From Myxococcota bacterium (GTDB taxonomy: Bacteria; Myxococcota; XYA12-FULL-58-9; JALHOP01): 26,981 nt of DNA. Below the pieces are notes generated by a model that did no database searches, was not told where the DNA came from, and saw only the letters and a program-made list of their open reading frames with translations. This document shows, piece by piece, positions 9,662 through 18,700 of this stretch. Location: positions 1-26,981 of the forward strand of contig JBGGMJ010000198.1 of NCBI GenBank assembly GCA_041288095.1, in the 5' to 3' direction. The position numbers and the translations under genes are program-made. Position 1 is the stretch's first letter. Every line of letters begins with the position of its first letter.

Positions 9662-10248
9662 GATGTGCTCCGTGGCTCGAGGGCGTTGAAGCACAGGGTC
9701 AGGAACGTGAGGGTGAGCGGCACGGTGATGAGGGCGCCGACGAAGGTGAGGAGCCCCACGAGGTTCACGAGCACCGCCACCAGCGCAACGACGAGCACGA
9801 CCCCGGGCGCGCGTCGGGTCAATGCGAGCGCGTTTTTCAGGCTCTGGGCCGCGAGATCATCGGTGAGCGCGAGGTACCAGAACGCGAACATGCAGGCGAT
9901 CGCGAGGAGCACTCCCGGCAAGACGAAGGCGACCATGAGGATGAGCACGCCCAAGCCATAGACCAGCCAAGCCAGGATCGCTGCCGCCGGCCGGTCGAAG
10001 CCCAGCCCGAGGTGCTGAAAGTCGATGGGCTCGCCGGCGAGCGCCCGGCGCACCATGCGGATGTAGCCGATCAGCAGGGGCGCTGTGAGGATCGTCAGCG
10101 AGACCACTGATCCAGCGACCAAAAGTACGCCGGCGCCGATGTGAACCAACGGGTCTGAGAGGACCAGGGAGATGGCACGGCGGCCCAACGCGACGATGTC
10201 GACGTGGGTTCCGATCGCGCCCGGCTGGTTTTCGCCCAAGTTGGCCAT
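9658..10248 (-). CDS. Integral membrane protein (4-5 TM), unknown function
   Basis: Hydrophobic helices with PLLIGYIRM and VLPGVLL; start taken at MANLGENQ (10248); translationally coupled to the Yip1-like gene. Confidence 0.75.
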   Translation of the reverse strand: MANLGENQPGAIGTHVDIVALGRRAISLVLSDPLVHIGAGVLLVAGSVVSLTILTAPLLIGYIRMVRRALAGEPIDFQHLGLGFDRPAAAILAWLVYGLGVLILMVAFVLPGVLLAIACMFAFWYLALTDDLAAQSLKNALALTRRAPGVVLVVALVAVLVNLVGLLTFVGALITVPLTLTFLTLCFNALEPRSTS

Positions 10249-10314
10249 GTGCTGAGGCAATTTTCCGTTACAGGGGTGTGGCTTGTAAAACTTTTTTGAG
10301 TGTAGGCTAGGTGG

Positions 10315-10854
10315 GTGATGAGAGCTGCCATCCTTCTGACCGTCCTGTCTGCCGTTGCGTGCAAGTCGGAGTGGTACGGCACGAGTAACGTGTACGCCTG
10401 GAACGGCACCGACCAGATCGTGAAGCTTCAGCTCGAGGGCACCGATGACCTCGACTTGACGCTGCGGCCCCAAAGCGGGGAGCTGCTACGCGACGTCGTT
10501 GCCGGACCCTATACGATCGTCACCAAGCGAGAGGGGCAACCGGATGCTTCGGCCCGCACCGAGATTCGCAAAGGTGACCTTACCGTGCTCAACGTCGACG
10601 GTCTCGGGTGCTTTGCCCGCGCCGACGTCGCCGGCAAGTACTCCGCCAACATGCGCTTTCCAGTGCAGGTGGTGAGCGAATACTCGAAGGACCAGGTCAT
10701 TCGCATCGACACCGCGATCGACGTGTTGCCTGGTGAGATTCTGCCGAAGAACCGGCCGAAATCCGCGTACGGCTTCTACCGGGTCAGTCAGATTCCTTGT
10801 GAGCTCATCGGTGACCGCAACAAGATGGCGGAACACCTGAAGGAGCAGCGGTAA
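10315..10854 (+). CDS. Hypothetical lipoprotein
   Basis: Signal MRAAILLTVLSAVAC (lipobox); beta-rich mature part. Confidence 0.75.
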   Translation: MMRAAILLTVLSAVACKSEWYGTSNVYAWNGTDQIVKLQLEGTDDLDLTLRPQSGELLRDVVAGPYTIVTKREGQPDASARTEIRKGDLTVLNVDGLGCFARADVAGKYSANMRFPVQVVSEYSKDQVIRIDTAIDVLPGEILPKNRPKSAYGFYRVSQIPCELIGDRNKMAEHLKEQR

Positions 10855-10883
10855 GCTCAGTTGCGTCACGGCCGGTTCGAGCA

Positions 10884-12050
10884 TTGGTCTTGTCGGGCGG
10901 CGGTGCGCGCGGGGCGTACGAAGCCGGCGTGCTCGCCTACATTTTCCAGGAGCTGCCTCCTCGGCTCCTCGCAAACGCGCCCGTGAAGGTCCTGTGCGGC
11001 ACCTCGGTGGGCGCGGTCACGGCCTGTTTCCTCGCCGGTAACGCGCACTTGCCGCACATGAACACGGCGCGCCTGCTCGACCTGTGGCGCCGGTTGCGGC
11101 TCGACAAGACCATGCGCTTGTCGATTACCGACCTCCTGCGCATGCCCTTGGAGCTGCGCGCGACGTTCCGCCAGGAGGCCGCGGGCGTGCTCCTCAACTC
11201 GGCGGTCCTGCAAGAGATCGTGGTCCGCGAAACCCCGTGGGTGCAGATCCGCCATAACATCCGAGCCGGCGTGCTGTCCGCGTTGACGGTCAGTGCCACG
11301 CACATCGCTTCGGGCCGCACCGTGGTCTTCGTCGATCGGACCGACGGTACGACGCCACCCTGGTCACGTGATACGCGCGTCGCGGCGCGGCCGACCCGTA
11401 TCCGCCCCGCGCATGCCATGGCATCCGCCGCGATTCCCTACCTGTTCGCGCCCATCGCCATCGACGGCGCTTGGTACTGCGACGGCAGCGTCCGCCAAAA
11501 TACGCCCCTCTCGCCGGCGCTGCGTTTGGGCGCCGACCGCGTGCTGGTCTTGGGCCTCCGCTATGACGGACCGGATCAGGATTGGCCGCCGAAGCTCGAG
11601 GAGCCGGCGCCGCAGCCCTTCGAGTACATGGGCAAGCTCCTGAACTCGTTGATGCTCGACAACCTCGACTACGATTTGAAGACGCTTCAGGGCTTCAACG
11701 AGCTGCTCAAGGCCGGCAAGCTGACCTTCGGTGACGCGTTCCTGCCGCACATCAACGAGACGACCACGCGGTATCGCGGAGCGGGGTACCGAGAGGTGCA
11801 GGCGGTGTTCATCCGGCCGTCACGCGACATCGCCGAGCTGGCGAACGAGTTCGTCAGGCTCGTGCACCCCAACATCGGTGGTCTGCCGGGCTGGATTCTC
11901 TCGAAGATCGCGCAGACCCAGGTGCAGCGGTCGGACATCTTGAGCTACCTGCTCTTCGACGGCCGCTACGCGCAGACCCTCATCGAGCTGGGCATGCGCG
12001 ATGCCGACGCGAATCGTGAGCGGCTCATCGCCTTCTTCCGGGACGATTGA
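10884..12050 (+). CDS. Patatin-like phospholipase (start uncertain)
   Basis: LSGGGARG, GTSVG (GxSxG), ASAAIP and DGS catalytic Asp motif. Confidence 0.92.
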   Translation: MVLSGGGARGAYEAGVLAYIFQELPPRLLANAPVKVLCGTSVGAVTACFLAGNAHLPHMNTARLLDLWRRLRLDKTMRLSITDLLRMPLELRATFRQEAAGVLLNSAVLQEIVVRETPWVQIRHNIRAGVLSALTVSATHIASGRTVVFVDRTDGTTPPWSRDTRVAARPTRIRPAHAMASAAIPYLFAPIAIDGAWYCDGSVRQNTPLSPALRLGADRVLVLGLRYDGPDQDWPPKLEEPAPQPFEYMGKLLNSLMLDNLDYDLKTLQGFNELLKAGKLTFGDAFLPHINETTTRYRGAGYREVQAVFIRPSRDIAELANEFVRLVHPNIGGLPGWILSKIAQTQVQRSDILSYLLFDGRYAQTLIELGMRDADANRERLIAFFRDD

Positions 12051-12106
12051 GCCGGGGTCTGTGCGCGTGGCCACACTGGGCGGGTCGCCCTGGCTCTGGC
12101 CCCGGC

Positions 12107-12134
12107 GCAACTCGGGGGAGGAGGCTGCCGAGAC
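12107..12134 (+). promoter_or_regulatory. Putative sigma28-like promoter of the M20 peptidase
   Basis: GCAA(12107-10)-N16-GCCGAGAC(12127-34), 6 nt before ATG 12141. Confidence 0.6.
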
Positions 12135-12140
12135 GTGGGC

Positions 12141-13496
12141 ATGCTTCCTCGCCTGAACAGCAGTGCCGCCGCCGAGCATTTGGCCGCGGCCCTCCGTTTC
12201 AAGACCATCGTCGTAAGCCCCGAGGGCCCGGTGCCGAAGGCCGAGCTCCAGGGCCTGCGGGACTACCTCGCGAAGACCTTCCCGCTGGTGCACCGGCACC
12301 TCGCGGTCGAGCAGGTCAACGAGAGCCTGCTGTTCACCTGGAAACCCGCTCAGCCCTCGAGCGAAGGCGGCCTGCTCTTGATGGCCCACATGGACGTGGT
12401 GCCGATCGAGCCGGGCACCGAGACGAAGTGGACGCATCCGCCGTTCGCCGGCGTCATCGACCAGGACCTCATCTATGGGCGCGGCGCCATCGACGACAAG
12501 GCGCGGCTGGTCGGTACCCTCGAGGCCGTCGAGAGCCTGCTCGCGGCCGGAGTCACGCCCAAGCGCACCGTGTATCTTTCCTTCGGAGCGGACGAGGAAG
12601 TCGGCGGCGCCACCGGCGCGAAGGTCATCGCCAAGACGCTGCAAGAACGCGGCGTCAAGCTCGACATCGTGCTCGACGAAGCCGGCGCCGTGACGCAAGG
12701 CGTGAATCCCAACGTCCAGAAGCCGATTGCCAGCATCGGCATCGCCGAGAAGGGCTACGTCTCGTTCGAGCTGACGGCGAAGGGGCCGCCGGGCCATGCC
12801 GCCTTCCCGGCCAAGAACACCGCGATAGCGGTCTTGTCCTCGGTCATCGACGATCTCAACAGCAACCAGATGCGGGCGCGCATGACCCCGCTCTTGCGCA
12901 ACACCTTGAAGGCGCTGGGTCCGCACATGCCGTGGCCCCAACGGCTCGCCGTGCGCGCCGGCAAGTTGGGTGAGTGGCTGCTTCTGCGGACGATGGACGC
13001 GACCCCGACCACGGCGGCGCAGATCCGTACGACCTTCGCGCCCACCATCCTCAAGGCGGGCATCAAGGACAACCTGGTGCCGTCGATGGCGACGGCGGTG
13101 GTGAACTTCCGCATCTTGCCCGGTGAGACCGTCGCCGACGTGGAGGCGCACGTGAAGCGCGCCATCGGTAACGCGCCGGTGGCCGTGAAGGTGCTGGCCG
13201 GCGCTCATGATCCTCCGGGAGTTTCGTCGTCCGCCGACGCGGGCTTTCTCGCCATGGCGGAGGCGGTGCGCGCGACCTTCGGCGAAGACGTGGTCATCGC
13301 GCCGACCCTGGTCGCTGGCATCACCGATTCGCGCCACTTCGACGCCATCGCCAAGAACACCTACCGCTTCACCCCCGTGCGGCTGACCGCGCGCGACGTC
13401 GCGACCATTCACGGTACCGACGAGAAGATCAGCGTGAACGCTTTCGCGGACTTGGTGCGCTTCTATCAGCGCATCATCACGAAGCTAGCGCTCTAG
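12141..13496 (+). CDS. M20 family metallopeptidase (CPS1/PM20D1-like carboxypeptidase)
   Basis: AHMDVVP, GRGAIDDK, DEE, LDE, AEKGY and IHGTDE metal-ligand motifs. Start is ATG 12141 or GTG 12135. Confidence 0.92.
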   Translation: MLPRLNSSAAAEHLAAALRFKTIVVSPEGPVPKAELQGLRDYLAKTFPLVHRHLAVEQVNESLLFTWKPAQPSSEGGLLLMAHMDVVPIEPGTETKWTHPPFAGVIDQDLIYGRGAIDDKARLVGTLEAVESLLAAGVTPKRTVYLSFGADEEVGGATGAKVIAKTLQERGVKLDIVLDEAGAVTQGVNPNVQKPIASIGIAEKGYVSFELTAKGPPGHAAFPAKNTAIAVLSSVIDDLNSNQMRARMTPLLRNTLKALGPHMPWPQRLAVRAGKLGEWLLLRTMDATPTTAAQIRTTFAPTILKAGIKDNLVPSMATAVVNFRILPGETVADVEAHVKRAIGNAPVAVKVLAGAHDPPGVSSSADAGFLAMAEAVRATFGEDVVIAPTLVAGITDSRHFDAIAKNTYRFTPVRLTARDVATIHGTDEKISVNAFADLVRFYQRIITKLAL

Positions 13497-14353
13497 CGGC
13501 AGACGTAGTCCGCGGGCATCGTCGAGGCGATGCCGCTCGCGGCGATGTTCTTCAACGTCTGCGGGTGCACGGCGCCGCCGATGAATGGGCTCTTGAAATC
13601 GTAGCTGCCGGCGTAGACCAGGTCTTTGCCGCGCACGAAGGGCGCGTCTTCGAGGCGGTAGCGGCTGCCGAGGCGCGCCGGGAGTCCTCGGCCAAGGTCG
13701 AAGATCTCGAGGTCGCCCTTGGCGAGATCCATTTCGGGGCTCACGACCCACCAGCGGCCGTCCTTGGGGTAGGCGACCATGGTGTGAACGATGGGACGCT
13801 GGGGACCGGCGGGTTCCGCGCTCGGTCCACGCGGGCACATGGTCTGGTAGCCGGCGACGTCCATGACCACGAAGAAGCGAAGCTCGAGCGACGGGTCACG
13901 CAGCCAAGCGCGATGCGCCGTGGCCTTGGCGTAGTCCAGGCAGTTGAGGAAGGTGCGCTCGGCGAAGGCCTGTTCGCCGGTGCGCGCGAGCTGCATGCCG
14001 GGCAGATCCTTGGTCGCGGCGCGCGGCGCGGCTCGACTCACGGCCTGTTCGTAGCGGCGGACGCTCGCGGGCGCGAGGAGGCGCTCGACGTCGTGGCCCG
14101 CCGCGGCGAGGGCCTTGCGGATCGCCGCTTGCTCGCGCTCGCGGACCACGGGGTCGGCGGTGAAGAGGTTGTGGTACGCGAAAGCGTACACCTCGCGAAC
14201 CGGCACCTCGTTGTGCGCTTGGGCGTTGCGAACGTCGCGCAGTGCTTCGAGCAACGCAGGCGGAAGCTTCGCGGCGGACGCTCTGCTGATCGGCGTGACG
14301 CACGTACCCGATACCGCACGCATCCCGCCGGCGCTGGTGACGCTGATGCTCAT
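13493..14353 (-). CDS. Hypothetical protein, possible transglutaminase/papain-like Cys protease fold
   Basis: NCLDYA...IVHTMVAY..DGRWWVVSP spacing resembles transglutaminase-like C-H-D cores; ATGA overlap with the upstream gene. Confidence 0.55.
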   Translation of the reverse strand: MSISVTSAGGMRAVSGTCVTPISRASAAKLPPALLEALRDVRNAQAHNEVPVREVYAFAYHNLFTADPVVREREQAAIRKALAAAGHDVERLLAPASVRRYEQAVSRAAPRAATKDLPGMQLARTGEQAFAERTFLNCLDYAKATAHRAWLRDPSLELRFFVVMDVAGYQTMCPRGPSAEPAGPQRPIVHTMVAYPKDGRWWVVSPEMDLAKGDLEIFDLGRGLPARLGSRYRLEDAPFVRGKDLVYAGSYDFKSPFIGGAVHPQTLKNIAASGIASTMPADYVCR

Positions 14354-15648
14354 CGTTTGGCGCGCTCGCGCTCGACTGCTTGCATGATGCGACCGGCGAG
14401 GAGGCCGGCGCGGTCCCCATAGTGGCGCTCGCCCCAGTTGTAGCGGCGGATGGTGATGGCGTTGGGTCCGCTAAAAAAGGCTTCGGGATTGGCCTCGGTG
14501 CCGAAGCGAAAGACACGGCCACGGGCGCTAGCGGGGAACGAGCTCGGGATGCTGAACCCGGCGGCGCGGAGCTGCGCCACCGTCATTTCTCGGTCATCCT
14601 GCAGGCCGCGGATCGCCGCGGGCGTGCCTCGCAGCTCGACTCCGATGGGTTGACCTTGAGTGTAGCGCTCGCCCGGACGGTCGCGGCCGACGTTCGCATA
14701 GAAACGCGCCGCGAGCTCGGCGCTCTGCACCGGGTGCCAGGGGTCGAGGTCGCCGGCGAGCAGCACCAGATTCGAGGGCATGAACTGGCACCAGCCGAGC
14801 GCTCCAGCGGACGAGCCACCGAGCGTTGCGAGATCCCAGTTGCGCTCACGCGCGACCCGCACCAGCGCGCGTAGCTCACCGCGGAAGAACTCGGTGCGCT
14901 CGCCGTCGAAGGCGCCGCGCACGATTTGTTGGAAGGCGTTGTGGCCGCCGGAGAAGCCACCCATGTTGGTCTCGCCGCGTAACGTGCCGTAGATGGCCGC
15001 TACGTCGATGCCGTGCCTCCTGGCCGCTTCCTCGGCCTGCGGTCCGAACTCGAGGGCGTACGCCGTGCCCCGCTGAATGCCCGATTCGAGATAGGGCCGC
15101 ACCGAACGCTCGAACGAGGTGCGCGTGTCTGGTGGACGTGCGCCGGGGGCGACGTTAGCCGTGGCCCGCGGCAAGGCAACGCGCTCGACCAGCGCCATGA
15201 GCCGCTGCTGCTCCGCCTGGTCGCCGCCGGCGATGTCGCGGATGAGCCGCTGGACTTCGGGGCGCTGGTGGTACGGGCGCCCGACTCCTGGCTGGCGCTG
15301 CGCTTCGGCTTCGGCCTCGCGCCAAGCCTGCAGGCGGCGCTCTTGCTCGACGGGATCATTCGAGCGCGGCGGGAAGGGCACCAGCTGGCCGACCTCGACG
15401 CGCGGAGGTTGCATGGCGGCGGCCCAATCGAACGCCGGAAGCGCTTCGCGGGGCGCTTCGGTCACGGCCCGCTCGGGTGGGGGCAGGGCGAGCGGTGCGG
15501 TCACCGGGCCTTGGCTCAAGCGCGTTGGGCCCGCCGTCAGACGGTCGCGGTCGTCGGTCGGAGACACGGGCGGCAAGACGGCCTCGTGCTCGGCCGTTGG
15601 GACGGCGATTTCCTGGCCCGCTTGGACCGCTCGGACGGTTGTGCTCAT
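14350..15648 (-). CDS. Lytic murein transglycosylase (MltB/SLT_2-like) with Pro-rich N-terminal extension
   Basis: GETNMG (catalytic Glu), FFRGELRAL, GSSAGALGWCQFMPSN and ITIRRYN; no signal peptide. Confidence 0.85.
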   Translation of the reverse strand: MSTTVRAVQAGQEIAVPTAEHEAVLPPVSPTDDRDRLTAGPTRLSQGPVTAPLALPPPERAVTEAPREALPAFDWAAAMQPPRVEVGQLVPFPPRSNDPVEQERRLQAWREAEAEAQRQPGVGRPYHQRPEVQRLIRDIAGGDQAEQQRLMALVERVALPRATANVAPGARPPDTRTSFERSVRPYLESGIQRGTAYALEFGPQAEEAARRHGIDVAAIYGTLRGETNMGGFSGGHNAFQQIVRGAFDGERTEFFRGELRALVRVARERNWDLATLGGSSAGALGWCQFMPSNLVLLAGDLDPWHPVQSAELAARFYANVGRDRPGERYTQGQPIGVELRGTPAAIRGLQDDREMTVAQLRAAGFSIPSSFPASARGRVFRFGTEANPEAFFSGPNAITIRRYNWGERHYGDRAGLLAGRIMQAVERERAKR

Positions 15649-15657
15649 GCCCAGCCG

Positions 15658-15685
15658 TTATCGCCGTGCAGGCCATTCGAATTGC
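15658..15685 (-). promoter_or_regulatory. Putative sigma28-like promoter of the lytic transglycosylase operon
   Basis: On the minus strand, GCAA-N16-GGCGATAA lies 9 nt before ATG 15648. Confidence 0.65.
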
Positions 15686-15719
15686 TCCGGAAGGACTGAA
15701 CGCCTGGCAAGTCGCCCGA

Positions 15720-18700
15720 TTAGCGGCGGTGCTCGAGCCTCCAGCTCGTGAGCGTGCCGGTGGTGCCGGCGACCCGGTCGGCGACCTCGAGCTGCCAGGT
15801 GCCGGCGACCGGGTCGCCGTGCAGGCCAAAAAGGGTAGGCGCGTTCTCGACCGTGTAGGTGACATCCACGACGCCGGCGACACCGGTGACGCTCGAGGAC
15901 AGGATGAGGCGCTCCCCGGCGGGGCTCACCAAGCGCAGCTCGAGCTGGCTGGGGACCGCGTGGGTGACCCGTACGTGGACGCGCAGGTCCTCGACGCGCT
16001 GCCAGGGCGGGGCGGCGAGCGTGGCGCTGTTCGTGAAGGTGCCGTTGTCGACGAGCGCAAGTCCGGTGCCGCCGACGGCGGTGTCGAAGGGCGTATCGAC
16101 CGGCATGAGTCCGCCGCCCGAGGCGGTGACCTCACCATCGAACCAGCCCACGTTCGCGTCCCAGTTCGCGCACGCGTCTCCACAAGCACGTGGCGTGATG
16201 TTGGCCGGACGGTGGCGGACGATGTCATCGCTGGTGCCGAAGGCGAGGTCGGGGCCGCGGTTCACAACGAAAACCCCAAAGATGCCGAGGACGCCATCCA
16301 GGGTCGGCGTCGGCTGCTCGGCGTAGTACGCCAAAGAGTCGCCGACGAGCACGGGCAAGCGCTCGTCGGTTGGGCTGGCCGTGATCGAGACAGTTGCCCC
16401 GCCGAGCGTGTGCATGCGCACGTCCCAGTCGCCGTTGAGCTCGGAGTAGAGCACGATATTGCCTTCGATGCGCAGGTCGGCGCGGGACATGCCGCCTGCC
16501 GCGATGACGGTGCGCGCTCCGCCAATGGGGAACGTGGCGATGGAGGGCATGCAATTCGTGTCGGGCGCGCTGCCGCGCGTGCCGTCGCATAGGTCATTCG
16601 GATCATCGGCATAGTCGGCGTAGACGATGTTCCCGAGCGAGATGTCCGGGCTCACCGCGCGCGTGCCGGCCACAGTGAAGTCGTAGGGCGTGTCATCGCC
16701 GCCACCGACCCACCCGTCGGGCCCGAGTGCTACGCCCTTCAGGCGACTGTCGAGGTTACCGTCGAACCAGTTGCCACTGGGATCGAGAGACAGATCTCCC
16801 CACACCACGACACCGGCGTCGACGCGCGGCCAGTGGAACGTCCCCGGACCCGCGAGCTGCGTCGGCCCTTTGTCGTCGCTCGTGCCCGGAATACCGTCCG
16901 CTCCGGCGTAGTAGATCATGACCGTGCCACCAGGTTGATCGATCCATACGAAGTAGCCGTCGTCATCGACGTCCATGTCCGCTAAAGTGGTCACGTTCGG
17001 CTCGAGGCGCAGAAAGCCACCGGCCTCGGCATTGAGGAAGACGGGGCGGCGCTCGTTGGCGTCGAGGAAGGCGTAGAACCTGCCGGCGAGCGTTCCGCTG
17101 GGACCGCCCTCGCCGGAGCTATCCGCGACCTGGAAGGTGAGTGGCTCGCCATGGACGGAGTAGGTCGCCGGCCGTGCCTGCAGGCCGGGATAGGTCAGGC
17201 CTCCTATGATCATCGTGCCGCTCGCCGAGACACTGCCGAGGTCGCCACCGGTGAAGGCAGCGTTGGTGAGCGGCAGCGTCGTCCCCGTCGTCAGATCGCG
17301 CATGCCGTCGGCGGTCGATGTGAATGACGTGAAAAACGCCTTGTCGCCGTTGGCGGCCGTGAGGGTCGGGATGTCGTACAGGTGCACGACCGGAAGGTCG
17401 TCGCCATTGCCGAACACGTGGTCTGGGCCGGTGTCGTAGATGTCCCAGTCACCACCACCGACGTCGATGAGGATGCGGTCGTCGCCGAGCAGGACGTTGT
17501 CTCCCGGTGGAATCAACCACTCGCCGCCATCATAGCCGCCGCCCGGTTTGCCGTCGTTGCCGAGGTTGAACACGTAGTCGCGTGTCCCGGAGCGCTGATC
17601 GGTCCACAGCACGTGACGCGCGCTCGCTTGCAGCTTGCACGGGTGGAAGCCGAAGACGGATGAGGCAGCGGAGACCACGACGGCTCCCTGGCCGGCGTCC
17701 ATGATGTCGGGCCGTCGATCCGCGCCGTAGTTGTAGAAGGTGAGGCGGTTGGCGTTGCTGCCGTTGCCGAAGAATACGCCGGTCGGCGTGCCGGTTTGGC
17801 ACGTGCTCCCAACGATGCCGTTCCCGATGGTGACGATGGCGCCGTCGTCTACCGTCGAGAGCGCCTCGTCCGCTCCAACGTACATGGCCTTGATGACCGG
17901 CGAGAGCTGAGTGCTCAGGTCCGCGAACGCGAGCACGAGGCCGCCCATGTTCGGTGCCTGGAGCATGAAGTTGCCGGACCTGTTGGTGTAGACGATCTTG
18001 CTGCTGCACTCGAGCGCGTCCGCGCTCGCGCGCCTGCAGAGGTTGAGCTCGTGATTGCGGCAGACCTCGGGCGCCGACCCACACGCCGGCTGCGTCTGGT
18101 TGGTGGTGAAATTCTGCGTCGTAAACGTCGCCAGGCCCGAGCCGGCGTGGAAATCGCTGTACGTGCAGTTGACGCAGGCGTTGGGGAGGGCCCGGAGGGG
18201 AGTGTCGGCGACGGTGACGGTAACGCCGGTGCTGGGGTTGCCGGCGCGATCCACACCGCGGATGACGTAGACCGTGCTGCTGCCCGAAGCCGCGCCTGGC
18301 AAGACGATGCGGGGCTCGGTGGCGACCGCGGTGTAGTCGGCGTATGGGCCGCCCAGGATCTCGTACGTTACGAGACCCCCTCCGGGCTCGCGCGATGCGC
18401 CGAGTAGGACACCAACCTCGCTGGTGAGCAACCCGGAGACAATCTCGGTGAACGCGTGCGGCGCGCTCGGCGGCTGCGAGTCCTCGTGGATGCTGAGAAC
18501 GCCTTGCGCGGCCGGCGACGTCATGTTGCCGAAGACGTCGCGCTCGCGGATCCACAGGGTCGTCGTCGCGTCCTGCGCGAGCGTCGCCAGCGCCAAGGCA
18601 CCCAAGGTCGACGTGGACGTCCACGTGGTGCCGTCGGTCGAATAGACGTAGCCGTCGAAGTCGTCCGGCACCGGCACCATCGAGTGGAAGAACACCGTGA

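Noticed and set aside
10255..10312. AT-rich patch as a sign of foreign DNA
   Set aside because: It is short and lies between divergent genes, so it is best explained as a promoter region (TAGGCT -10-like box before GTG 10315).
10884..13496. Patatin and M20 ORFs are in the same frame, separated by one TGA and an open 84-nt gap (possible readthrough fusion)
   Set aside because: Both proteins are complete on their own, the gap contains a promoter-like motif, and a stop-free 28 codons is unremarkable at this GC content.
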